The notes under the pieces: model-generated | What the model saw: only the letters and a program-made list of their open reading frames with translations | Database searches by the model: none | What the model was told of the DNA's origin: nothing | Source: Asterias rubens | Lineage: Eukaryota | DNA length: 64,000 bases | NCBI RefSeq assembly: GCF_902459465.1 | Contig: NC_047065.1 | Coordinates: 744,001-808,000, forward strand | Reading direction: 5' to 3' | Position numbers and translations under genes: made by a program | Shown here: piece by piece, positions 38,452 to 51,300 of the stretch | How the letters are laid out: every line of letters begins with the position of its first letter | How positions within the stretch are numbered: position 1 is the stretch's first letter

Positions 38452-38720
38452 ACGGCCGAGTGGTTAAGAGCACTGAATTCAATTTTCTGGCGGTTTAGTT
38501 ATTTGAGTGTGGGTTTGAATCCTGGTCATGGCACTGGTGTCCTTGAGCAAGATGCTTTACTACAATTGCTTCTCTTCACCCAGGGGTATACTGCGAGGGT
38601 AGAGGTTGATATTGTGTATGAAAAAGCCACTAGCGCCATACAGCAGCTCAGGGCTGTATACTCCACAGGGAGCTGAAAAACATTAAAGGAATGTTATCGG
38701 CCCAATGACCAGGACACTAA
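38452..38720 (+). mobile_element. tRNA-derived SINE with CORE-like segment
   Basis: A box gccgagtggttaag, B box ggtttgaatcc, gtgtccttgagcaagatgctttac; related pieces near 33600-33690 and 40500-40560. Confidence 0.75.
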
Positions 38721-38792
38721 TTACTATTATTTATACACAACCGACTGGGAAAGAAATTACAACACAGTACCAAACCATGAAATTATTATGAA

Positions 38793-41549
38793 TTAGCTTA
38801 CTACATCAACCACACAGTCACTGTCTATGCATTCAGAGTCTGGATCCACACTTGGTATCGTCAGCCCTGCATCCTCAGTCCTCTTCAAGACAAACACAAC
38901 ATCTTGCAAGACGTAGAAAGGGTTCTCTGTGTCGCCCTCGCAAAGGTAAGGCAACTTGGTAAATGTCTGTACAGTAAATCCAGCGGGTAAGAAGAAATCC
39001 TTGGTAGCGCTCAGGACCTGTTCCTCCCATGTCTTGCCTTGGATGTGAAGAATTTCTTCTGGGTCATTCTGATTGCTACCTATGTGAACACACATTGGAG
39101 AGAAGCTCCGTTAAAGAAAAAGGCTAGCATAAAAACATCCTTTTCCTCTGGCAACTCACACCTGTTATCTCAATTTAAATTCCTTTTTGAAACAGTGGAT
39201 TAAACTGGATCATGCACGAATCAGTTGGGCTGCTGACAAGTAATTCAATGTACCACACCCACTTGTTGAAAGGATGTAAACTCTCAGAGTTCATGTGGCC
39301 AAATTAATTTGGAAATTCTTTACAGGGTTGGGGAACTTTTTGAAGACAGGGAAAGAAGCCACTGAGCCATTCGATCCCAAATGATACTTCCTCTATAATA
39401 AACTTCAAAATCTGATGAACAACATCTTTTCTTTTGAAAATATTTGTCTCAGCAAACCTTTACCTGTTTCTACAAATGGTTTGAATGGAAGAACGAGCGC
39501 CACAATAGTCACTCCGCCGGGTACCAGTGACCTATGGATATCGTGCATGATGGAAGCTGGTTTCTCACACCTATCCAATAGATTCAAGCAACTGATGGCA
39601 TCATATTTGGGACCAGCCCATTCCTCAATGCCAAGAACTCTGATAAAATAAATCAAGAGGAAAGGAAATTGTCGTTTGACATAAGCAAAAAGTGCATAGC
39701 TTTTTAGAAATACATCCCAGAGGATGCAACTGGCACCCCATTCACTTTTCGCTAAGCAAAGAAATTTGCTAAGCAGTATTTTCTGCTAAACAGCTTTATG
39801 AAATTGGGCCAGGGAGAAACCAAATCAATAATCCAAGATTAACTTAGGCACCCCCCCCCCCAAAAAAAAAGGTTTAGCGTCCCCGCCCGCTTCCTTTTTT
39901 TCTTCTTCTTTAAAAAAGAAAAGAAAAAGAGATTCAAATTGTGAAAAAAAATCCAAGCCGGTTGTCTTTAAAAATGTGTCAGGCGACCATTATAATTCAT
40001 TTTTTAAAGGCCCTCTTCCTTCCTTTTTTCAAAATGGCAGGATGCTAAACATGTTGGTTTTTGTTTTGGCCTTAAATAGAAAAGATTACCGTACGTGTAT
40101 CCACGCTGCCTCAATCTCCTCTGCATCATATAAGACACTTCTGTTGCCGAAACCTTCATGAAGTGACCGGCCATCATCTCCGTCACTCGGCCATCTCCGG
40201 CTCCAAGGTCAAGAAGATGGTCAGCCTTGAAGTCCTCTTTGATCTGAAGGAGTGAGTTGAACTGCTTAGTGGAGAAGACAAACATACTGCCTCTCTGAAG
40301 AAGTCTTTGTGGATAAAAATAAAACTCTTAAAAGTTTGCTGCTTTGAATAAGTCTTTATCCTTTAATCAGCACATAAATATACACTTAAATAAAACTAAC
40401 CTGTGAACATTTGTGGAGTCAAAAACATGGTCTACAATGAAGCAGACCGTGTTCTGTAATGAAGTTAAACAAAAACCAACACAAATTTCAAGGGATGTTT
40501 AAGTTTGGGTTAAATCCCGGTCATGACACTTGTGTCCTTGAGCCAACAATTAAAGGCACTTAACCATTATTGTTTCGTAAAACACCGGAGAGGAAGAGCA
40601 TTTTGCTGTATCAGCCAGGATCCTAGTGGATAACACCCATGACTCCCCCTACTTTAGTCTGTGAAAGGAGTGACCCTGTTTCAGCCACAGTAGGTGGCAG
40701 CGTGCCCCTGGTGGCAGTTGATTTGGGTCTAGAGCCCAAATCAGTTCAGTTTAGCCTTCACTAACAGCCTGTTTGCTTCAAGTTTGAAAGGGGCAAGGGC
40801 ACCAAGGCATGTTCTCCTTGGTAAAGGGCACCCTATGAGGAAGTTGTAAATTTCTACTGTAGCATTTTAAGGGCACCAAGGGAATGACCGGGGGCACAGA
40901 GGCAATTGCCATTTAAAAAAACAATCCTATCCGATTCCTGTCTTCTTGAGCTTCTTACCCATTGATTGAAGTAGCCGACATTAAGATCCCCAGGAAGGTT
41001 TTGACTAAGCTGTGCAAGGCTTGAGTGATTATCCAATCAGATTTCTCATAGCTTAGATCCAAGAATTGTTCCGTAGCTTCATCCATGTTGCACTGACAGA
41101 ACAAAGCTCTTGACTCTTCAGGAAAGCTCTGCAAGTTACAGTTGTACCACTTTGCAAAAACAGATAAATGCAAAGAAAAATATTTCACTCTGAAGTTGAT
41201 CGCAGAAGAAATGGTTAACTAAGGATTAACACTGGACCACCAACGATAACTTTTTTCTGCTTGACCACAAACCTCATTCACTTGATTTCCCAAACCTCAC
41301 CCGACCCCCTCCCCCACAAAAAAAGTAAAATTTTGTGTAGCTATCACCTCAAATCAAAACCTCGCCTTCTAATTATCCTAAGGACCTTCTGAGGAGAAAT
41401 TAAAAAAACAAGACAATAAAGTCATAAAAACTTGAACTTACTTTATCTACGTCATAATGTCGTCGGATCGCTTGCCTGTTGAACTTGGTGTTAGTCTGAT
41501 GCTCATAGGCTAGCCGCATCATGCTGTTACGTATACGTGGGCGAGACAT
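38793..41549 (-). CDS. METTL9: METTL9 (DREV1) protein-histidine N-methyltransferase, ~323 aa
   Basis: Exons 41549-41442, 41149-40959, 40304-40095, 39639-39464, 39079-38793 (972 nt): WYNC..TSINGLLQRGSMFVFS..LLDLGAGDG.VT..YDAISCLNLLDRC..LVLPF.PFVE..WEEQV..FTKLPYLCEGD..FYVL.D.VFVLK. Probable non-coding exon 1 ends at donor 42174. Confidence 0.95.
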
Positions 41550-41991
41550 GACAGTGTGACTTTGAGTGATGTGATGAGCGCATAACTTATTCTTCTCATC
41601 CAGGGAACCTGATACTAATACTAGCAAAGTATAAAAAGAACAAGTCTAAGGAAAAGATTGTCTTGTTTCATAAAAGTATCACAACAGTTTAAAAGTTAAA
41701 GCGACTTTGTGGGGGTGGGGATGACTTTGCCGGGGGGGGGGGGGGGGGGCAAGATGACTGGCAATCCACCCTTGCAGTTTGTGTACTGTAGTGTTAGATA
41801 ACGTTTCTCTTTTAAAAAAGAATCTGAATTTTTTTTTATATTTAATAGTTTTCACGTTTCCGGTAGAAATTAAAGCAATTCTATTATTTTGGCTGTAAAA
41901 ACCAGTAAAATACCAGTAAAACAAATGAAATATATAGCGGACTTCGACTTTAAATTTCCTTGATACAAATGATACACTGATGATTATAGAC

Positions 41992-42151
41992 GGATAACTT
42001 TCCGTATGGCGCCACCACCTTTTCACTGGCATTTTTACAAAAAAGGGATATCTCATTCATTGAGCTTTTTTGAGGTGAAAAAAAAAAAAAATACTAACTA
42101 TATTATTTCATATCGAATGACAAAGTGGTGGCGCCATACTGAAACTTTTCC
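41992..42151. mobile_element. MITE, same family as 35062-35244
   Basis: ggataactttccgtatggcgccaccac ... gtggtggcgccatactgaaacttttcc; in the probable METTL9 intron 1. Confidence 0.8.
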
Positions 42152-42173
42152 CAACATTCAATGATATACTTAC

Positions 42174-42327
42174 GAAGACCACAAATCGCCAATATCAATG
42201 TTAGATTTGTTATAGAGATTCACGCCGCAGTTCCTTCACTTTGTTTTGTTTTTGAGGTTAAAAGCTGGCAATCTCGGTCGTTGGTGGCGCTGTCCATTGA
42301 CAACACGAACATCATTTTTTAGAAACG
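42174..42327. promoter_or_regulatory. Probable bidirectional promoter / 5' UTR region METTL9/ZC3H3
   Basis: Only ~154 bp separate the METTL9 exon-1 donor (GTAAGT on -) from the ZC3H3 ATG; CpG-richer than the flanks; contains GGTGGCGCTG. Confidence 0.6.
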
Positions 42328-45300
42328 ATGTCTGCTTTCAGCGACAGGGAAGCCACGCTTTCGCGGCTCTCGAAGTTACAAAGGGAGATCGAACAGTTAA
42401 CTGGTAAGCATAAGAACCCAAACTTTATTATTTTCAAATGTTTGTAGGGAAATTGTTCTCCTTTCGGGTGAAATCTTAGAATTTGTACACCTGCCCAGTT
42501 TCCGGACAAGGGAAACCCCCCAAGATCTGTACGCAAGTTGGATTGGGATGGATGGACCATCATACATGGGTAATTTGCAATTGGTATTTTTAGCTCTCCA
42601 TGAGTCGACATGTAATTATTTGTTCCCGAATGATATTTGAAAATATCCAGCTTGATCATTCTATGGAAAGCTGGACCAGGGTTCAAGAAAGAACAGCAAT
42701 TTCTACATTTTAAAACAGAATACTTTTTGAATTGCCACAATATTATTACTGATTCTTCAAAGACAAAAAATCAAAGAAAATAAAGTCATTCATAAATGAT
42801 TAAAAGTTGAAAATTTATTGGAGTTGTGCACCTCACTTGAGAAAAAGAAAAACCATGAAGTTACACTTTGTTGTGCCTACCCTTAAGATGAATGTGAAAA
42901 TGACATCGTTCTGGGAACAGTTTACTTCCTGAAAAATTGCACCAGTTATAAAAACCTAGACCCAGTAACTGGGGAGCTAGATTCCCCTTTTCAAAATGTT
43001 GGCGCTAGATTCCTTTTTATCGGTCATCATGACCGATAATGTCAAAATTTCGAAAAAAAGGAATCTAGTGCCCCAGTTACTGGGTCTAGGGCTTTGTTTG
43101 AATCATAATTTTGTTTCAAATGGTACTTTTATTCTTGTAAAAATTTTCTTTTGACAGATACTCTCAATCGTAAACCAAATTCAAAGGCAAAGTCTTCAAG
43201 TTATGACGACAGCAATAGATCCTCATCGAGGGCAAGCAGTCGCAGAGTTGTCCTTCCAGGAAGAAGTTCTAACTTGGTGACAGAGCCCAAGGGTTTTTCA
43301 GCTCGGACACCCTTACAACCTAGTCCTAGCTATGCAAGTAGGCTGCAAGAAATAGAGGCTAGGTATGCCACATCGGGTTTGGAGCATAATATCAAACCTG
43401 TTTTTGCTACAGCTCAAATTGTTAGTTCCCTTATTCCATCAGGACAACCTATCGGTGGAAAGAGTTGGACGAGTGCTCACCCAACCACGAACACTGGACA
43501 ATTCCTTAATGTGGCTGGTAGCAGCAAGTCCTCGTTTTCATTCCAACCTGTCAGTTCCCTCCTTCCATCGGGACAACCTATCAAGTCAAGTCGAGGGAGT
43601 CATGTCTGGAAAAGTCATCATCGGTCTGCAAACACTACACAACTCCTGAATGTTGCCGGTAGCCATAGCTCTTCCTTTTTGTTGGAACCAGCGAGACATT
43701 CTACAAAGAGAGATAGGAACACAAGCCAGCAGCATACATCTAAATCATCTCACCGTTCTCAGGTTGTAACTAGCTACAGCCGCGATTTGAGCAAGAAATC
43801 CAAACTGCTCTTGAACAATCAGGTTAAAAAGGTTGAAGAGAAGTACCTGGTCCGTCCCAACTTGCCGATCATGCAGGAACAGCGAAAGCATGTTCTTCAT
43901 TCCAGCTCTACACTGCCCAACGACCCATCAAGAGTAAAGTTATCGTCTAGGAAGGTGATCTCACCCTCGGCCTCTACATCAAAACAGCTTAGTAAGGATT
44001 CCAGTCGTGTACAGTCAACCTCGTCTCTCCCTAGCTCCGGCTCAGACAGGAAATCCAGCAAGTACTCGTGGCGACAACCGTCTCACACAAAACATTCCCA
44101 AGATGAATCCCGTAAGCTTCCGTCCAGTGGTGTCAAAAAATCACCCTTCAAGTATGAGAAATCACAATCTTCAGGAAGCCGAGATTCTTCCCGGACCTCT
44201 ACTGGCAGTCGAAGTTCAAGCCGAGATGCCAATCGTTCCAAGTATCATTACGATTCTCGTAGTACCTCGGAATCATCAGCCCATCGTAAACGCAGACACA
44301 GTGGGGATCATCACACACATAGTTCTCCATACAGTACATCTAAATACAAACTGACAGCCAGACCATCAAGTAGCAGATCAAATACTTCTTCCTCGGGCAG
44401 CGTACAAAAGCATTATTCTACAGACAAAAGGCATGACACTTCTCCAGTTCATCGCAGCTCGAGCAACAGTCGGGTTACAAGCAAAAGTAGTCATGTATAT
44501 ATTCGGGGCAGAGGTCAGAACTATCTTTCGAGTAGAAATCATAGCCTTCAAACTAGAAGAGGTCATGGGTTTGTGACCTTTAGAGGTCATGGATCAAGAG
44601 GTCGTGGGTATGCAAGAGGAGCTGGAGTCTACAGAGGTCAAAGTGCACCAGGTTATAGTCCAAGAACAAAACAAGTATGGGGATCATCATATAGCCCAAG
44701 ATATCGAGGGAAAGGTAAACACATTTCACTTCCTTTCAAACGTCAGTTTTGTTTTTGAACCATCTTCATCAATTCATTCTACAGGTTCATGTTTATGTTA
44801 TTTGCCACAATCTATCATTTTTTCTTCAAACACAGGAAGATCTTCAAGGCACAACTTCACGCGTCCATCACCAAAGAAACATTCTCCGGGAGAAGGCTTC
44901 CGCTCAAAGTATGCACTGATGAAGACCTCTCTGGCACAGAATACACTGAAGAAGCCGCTTTCCTTCATGGAGAAGTAAGAAGTCCTTAAATGTAGAAACT
45001 GGTGGGGAACAATCTTGTAAGGTTTGCAGTAACACTGCAGAATGATCCATGTCTGAGTTACGATGGTTCTGGAAAGAACTGATAATGTCAGAAGTGTATG
45101 TCAGGTTCCTATTTCCAAATGAAACGATGAAAAATGTAATTTCCAACTTCCTGAAAAGTTTTCCCTCAAGCCTACATTTTGTCACATTGAGCTGATTAGA
45201 ATGACATGTTGTCCTGAACGTAATCTTATCTTCTGGGTATTTCCTGTGATGAAATATACCATGATGAGTATCACATTTCAAAGATGACAAAATGGTGTTT

Positions 45301-48300
45301 AGTTGTCTTGGTTTTTTGTCGTGGCCTGTCGTGCGCCAACTTTGCCTCAGCTTTTCTCGTTTTTGTCTTTTGCCCTTCTTGGTTTCATACCGTCTTATTG
45401 TGCTGTGCTTGTCTCGTGCACTTCGTTGTGTGTTAGCCTGTTTTGTACCATCTTGTGTTGCCATTGCCTGGCTCATGCTGTCATGCTGTGCCATCCCCTG
45501 CCTCGTGCCGTCTTGTGTCGTCCTCTGTCTTGTGCCGTCATGTGCTGTTGCTATTCTTGTGCCATGGTCTGTTTACCAATCACTTGTATACAATGTTGGT
45601 TCATTTGATCATAACATTGTCGGGTTACAAGTTATATTTTACCCTTTAATATTGAAACTAAATTGAGTTTACTTGCTCGATAACAAAGCTTGATGTTTTC
45701 ACTTTATAGGAGAAGATTGACTGTTCTTAATGACACACCCGTCTTGCTGAGGTCAAGGTACAGACTGGTCAAAGGTCATAGGAGTGTCCTTCGACCTGCA
45801 TTCTCCAGCGCATCATTGGTAACACCACTGCGGAAACTCCCCACGGTTAAGAGGCTTGTCACGGTGAAAATTACCAAGACCAAACTCATCCGCAGAGTCG
45901 CAGGTGACTAATAACCCTAGTGAAACAGATCCTAACCCTCCCACTGTTGACCATTTCATATTGTCCACTGTGGTACATTGAATGATAGATAAACTTTGCT
46001 TGCCTGCCTGCAATATGGTTTCATGTGGTGAATGCACAATACATATCACAGGCTAACTTTACAACAAACTTAAGCATAACGCCTGAATTCTGTCTTAGCT
46101 GAGCTGATAATTTGTCCACAATATCATGTATGAATCATGTTGCTCAGTAATAATAATAATTTATTGAGTTTAAAGTGCGCTCTCTCCAGGCTCAGCCTGT
46201 TCGAAGGCGCATAACAGTGAAAAATACCATAAGAAATTACACAGAAAAAAGTTTAAGAAAAAGTACACCAGTAACTCACTATGTATTTAACTCTCACAAT
46301 TTTCTTTTGCCGTCACTTAGGAGAGAAGATGTCATCAGGCTCAATGGTCAACCTACGAGGAGCACAGTTCAAACTGCGCATTAATCGGTTCAGTAAAGCA
46401 CTGTATCGACTCCCATCTAATGCCTCCCAAGTGTCCCCCTCCAATGTACGTAGACTGGTACTGAAATCTGCCACACCCTCGGTTACAAGAAAAGTTGCAA
46501 GGTTGGTGAATCCCTTCTCTGGTTATCTATCAGGACACTATCCTAACAATCTGTAAAAATGTCATCAAATTTGATAATTACGTTGTCACAGCTATGAAAA
46601 CAGCTAAAAAACAGTTCATGTTTTTGTCAGGGATGTTATGTATATTCACATTAGGCTAATTTGGGTTGCAGCAATCAAAGATAAGCAACAGTGGTTGTGA
46701 AGGTCTATGAATGCTATTTCCTCAACTTCGACAGTGTGAAATATTTCCCTTCATATTCAGTAAGGTTTCAGATTTGAAACTGATAAAAGAAATGTTGGTA
46801 ATTTAACAATAAAAATAAATTAGTTAATTGCCTGACGTTTCGACCCTAGCAGATAGCAGAGTCTTCTCGAAGGAAGACTTTGCTAGGGTTGAAATGGCGG
46901 GCCATTAACTAATTTTTTATGGTATATACCATAGGTCCTTTTGGTTGGTAAGCAGTTTGCAATAGCTATTTATATTTTCTAAATTTAACAATCTTGTACT
47001 TTGCCTTTACCTTCAGCCATGTTTTACAACGTAGCATCAACATTAGCCTAGCGGCCAAACACCGTAGTAAGAAGCAGTCTAACACTAAGCAATACTGTAT
47101 GTTCTACAACCTGTATGGGCGTTGTAAGAGAGGAAATGATTGTCCATATATACATGACCCGGAGAAAGTTGCTGTGTGTACAAGGTAAAAAAGTTGAACT
47201 TTCATTTTAAGAGACAAAAATTATCTTTCTGGAGATGTTTTAAAGGTCGCTCGAAAGCTTTACACGGTGTGCTAAAGAAATATCATCTTACTTTTTTTAA
47301 ACATTATTTAAAATCACACTTGATAAATAATAACCTTCAAAGAAGAGTCAAAATTATTTTGTTTAAATCTTGACAGATTTCTACGAGGAACGTGTCCCAA
47401 AACGGACGGGTCATGTCTTTTCTCACACAAAGTCTCAAAAGAAAAGGTAAGCTTACAAAAACAAAAGAATAACTTAGAATTACAAAATTCAAAATTGATT
47501 GGACGATTGGAAGAATGAATCAACAACTACTTAAGTTCTTAAGTTAGTTGTACGTGGGTAAACCTGCCTAAGATTGTTACCCTTTTTTCTATTTTATGCA
47601 TAAACTTCCGCTTCCCAGGTTGTGTTGTAAACATGGGTGTGATCCCTGGCTACATGGTAGTTGACAGTTACATGGCTTTTGACTGGCAGCGCCGAACGAC
47701 GATATTGGCAAAACAGGGAGACTGCCAGCATTGGGCTAGATGGCTAAGTTGGTAGAGCGCCAGCATTGGGCTAGATGGCTAAGTTGGTAGAGCGCCAGCA
47801 TTGGGCTAGATGGCTAAGTTGGTAGAGCGCTAGGACATTATACTAGAGGTCATTGGTTGAAATCCTTACAAACTTGACTGTTTAGAAGGGTAACCCTGTT
47901 TCAGCCTGGGAGTATGTGCCCCTGGTCAAAGTTGACTTGGGTTGTCAGCCCAAATCAGTTAAGTGTAGCCCTCTGTTAAGTGCCCATCTGGCCTTGTTAT
48001 GTTAGGCGATTTCTCATAAATGTTCTTTTGTTAAATTAAAATAGTATGATCATATTCAATTAGATGCCGGTGTGTTCCTACTTTCTGCGTGGTGTGTGTA
48101 ACCGTGACGACTGCCCTTACTCGCACGTCAAGGTCAGCAATAAAGCAACACCTTGCCCAGACTTCATCAAAGGTTACTGCCCACTGGGAGAAAAGGTAAT
48201 ATTTAGTCTCAAAAGTTTGGGTTGCAAAGGCGGTTGCCTCCATGCCCACTGGTCATTGTCTTTGTGCCCTTGAAATGCCCCTGTAGAAATTTACAATTTC

Positions 48301-51300
48301 CTTATATAGGGTGCCCTTTACCATGAAGAAAAGGCCTTCGGGCCAGCAATATCAAACAAATTAACACATAAAAGGAATAATGGTATTTTTACATTTTTAG
48401 TTGAGAGTATCAAGTTTGGAGTGTGAGTCGGAGTACTTAATAAGTTGAGTAGCGAGTACAGACTTTGGGTATGAATACTTTGCTAACCGAGTATAAGAAT
48501 AAGTTTCAGACTTTGGGTATGAATACTTTGCTAACCAAGTATAAGTATAAGTTGAGTAGCGAGTACAGACTTTGGGTATGAATACTTTGCTAACCGAGTA
48601 TAAGTATAAGTTGAGTAACGAGTACAGACTTTGGGTATGAATACTTTGCTAACCGAGTATAAGTATAAGTTGAGTAGCGAGTACAGACTTTGGGTATGAA
48701 TACTTTGCTAACCGAGTATAAGTATAAGTTGAGTATCGAGTACAGACTTTGGGTATGAATACTTTGCTAACCGAGTATAAGTATAAGTTGAGTATCGAGT
48801 ACAGACTTTGGGTATGAATACTTTGCTAACTAAGTATAAGAATAAGTTTCTTCAAAACAGCACTTGACTTTGAGTACCAAGTACAAGTTCTACAGCACTT
48901 TCATCATGTAATAAATTCAAAAAATTTTACTTGCAGTTTCATAAATGTTGTCAACATCCCCATACTAAACTTTTTCTTGTGTTTTTCTAAAGTGTAAGAA
49001 GAAACATATTGTGAGGTGTCCTGACTTCACACTGACAGGAAAGTGTGCAAACGGTGCAAAGTGTCCGCTCTTGCACAAGAGGGATCCAACCAAAAGCAAC
49101 AACGTCAAAACCAAGACGAGAAAAAGTTCCACACAGGATTCTGAGACGGAGAAAGTAAGAACCTCTGACAGGTAAGCCATCAGGAAAAGGTGCTACCCCA
49201 AAACTTGCTTACAAAAAATTCATCCACTTAGCGCAACTCAGCAGGGAAGCAGTTAACATTTTGGCCGGAAACCTTCTGTTTGATTTTATTTGTGTTTCTC
49301 TAAAGTGGATTTTTTTTACTTTTGGTGCAAACATTTGTTTTGACTTGAAAAATTTACTGTTAGTCAGCTCTGAAAAAGATCAAACAGCAGCCATTTTTGT
49401 ATTGTCCCCTGTATCTACACAAGTGTATTGTTAGCTCCAATTCTCAATACCTAAATTGGCCAGACTATTGGCAAATGATTCTAGTTTGAAAAATAGTTTG
49501 AAATTTCCTGTCAACTTGTTTTCTATTAGCTACTTTTATCCTTTTTTTTCACACTAAAACAGAACTCCTACAGCAAAACACAAAAAGAGAGAAACTTCTT
49601 TTATAAAACTATCCTCCGATACGCCATCAAACAAGACAGCGCCCTCAACGCCTGATACAAGTGAGAAAGGAAACAGTTTCCAGCGAAACACTAGTGAGCG
49701 TCAACAAATAACAAGTAGTGGTGAGGGAGCCAGTATCATTCCTTCATTTGTCAAGTTGTTGAATGCCGATAGAAACAAAAGTATAGCGCCCTCAGTAGCC
49801 AAGACAGCAGTTAGTGACAGGGAGCCTGCGATTATCCCTCGCCTTCGGACAAAGAGTAACACATCTCTGCCCCCTCAGGAAAATGGTATGATCCAATCAA
49901 CATCCAGAAAGCTACGAAGTGATACACTGCCCTGTGGAGGTGAAAGCTCCAAATCCTCAAAAGGTTTGGCATCAGTCGTACCAAAGGCATCTGCTGACCA
50001 TCACCATCTGGTTGAAACAGCTCCCTCTTTGCCCAAAGATGAAGATTCTTCTTTCATCGACCTCAACGTAACACCACCCTCACTGTCGGCGGCTGGAGAG
50101 GGTAGTGAGGAATTGCCTTCATTCATTGAGCTGTATCCTGGTTCCCCCTTCAGTCCAATGGAAGAGTCCACCAATACTGCACAACAAGGTGAGCATCCTG
50201 CTTAAGATTCAACATCCATTAGCGGTTTAAAGGGAAGGTAGACGTTTGGTAATTACTCAGAACAAATATTAACTTAAAAACTAACTTGGTGACGACCATT
50301 GGAGAGCTGCTGATAGTATAAAACATTGTGGGAAACGACTCCCTCTGAAGTAACGTAGATTTTGAGAAAGAGGTAATTTCTCACTAAAATAATAAAAGAC
50401 TTCTAGCCAGAAGTCTTTTTTTCCTATCTGAAAGCACACAAATTCGTCCAACAAGGGTGTTTTTTCTCTCATCATTTTCTCGCAACTTGGACGACCGATT
50501 GAGCTCAAATTTTCACAGGCTTGTTATTTTATGCATATGTTGAAATACACCAAATGAGAAGACTTGTCTTTGACAGTTACCAAACGTGTACCTTCCCTTT
50601 AAGGGATGTTTTTATTGTAGAGCAAGTTGGTTTTGATGGCTTAAATATTCAAAATGATGCAATGATTAAGTTTAGTTACATTCACTGCAGCAATGCACTC
50701 TAAGTAGTAACACTGTGCTTAAAGTATTGGGCAAGCATTGAAGTGAAACTTTTCCGACTACACATTGAGACATGAGAGACCTTGAAACTAATTTTTATAT
50801 TAGTTATGTAGAAAGACATTTGTTGAAATACGCTTACAAAGTAACCAAAAGTCTACTTGGGAAGATGTTGAATTTATTTGCAACCAGCATTGTATATAAA
50901 TTATTCACCAGTTTCCATTCATCACAGACATGACAATTATTAGTGCTGAGTTATTCCCTCTGGAGTCACAGTAGGTCCAATTATCCATCACCTTTGGACA
51001 AATTTTAGACATAAAAATCACTCGTCAATCTACAACTGAAATTGAATCCCCAAATGGTATCAATCCTTGAAGCTATGTTTGTGATTTCAACAGGGATGAG
51101 ATAATTCAGACTTTCTTGGTAGCTACATTTAGCCTTATTTTCACATTAAGAAAGTTGGTTAACACCTCAACAGTTGTGTTGATTCTTTTTTTTATTTATC
51201 AAAGCTGGGTACTTTAATAAAATGGACTGAATTTTCTTACCTTAATTTTCTTTTTGGGGGTATGGTTGTAAAAACTTTGTAAACAACAAAGCAATAACAA

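Noticed and set aside
45292-45666. Cys/Leu-rich hydrophobic ORFs and the K/R/Q-rich antisense ORF
   Set aside because: Degenerate tgtgtcg/gtgcc simple repeat inside a ZC3H3 intron.
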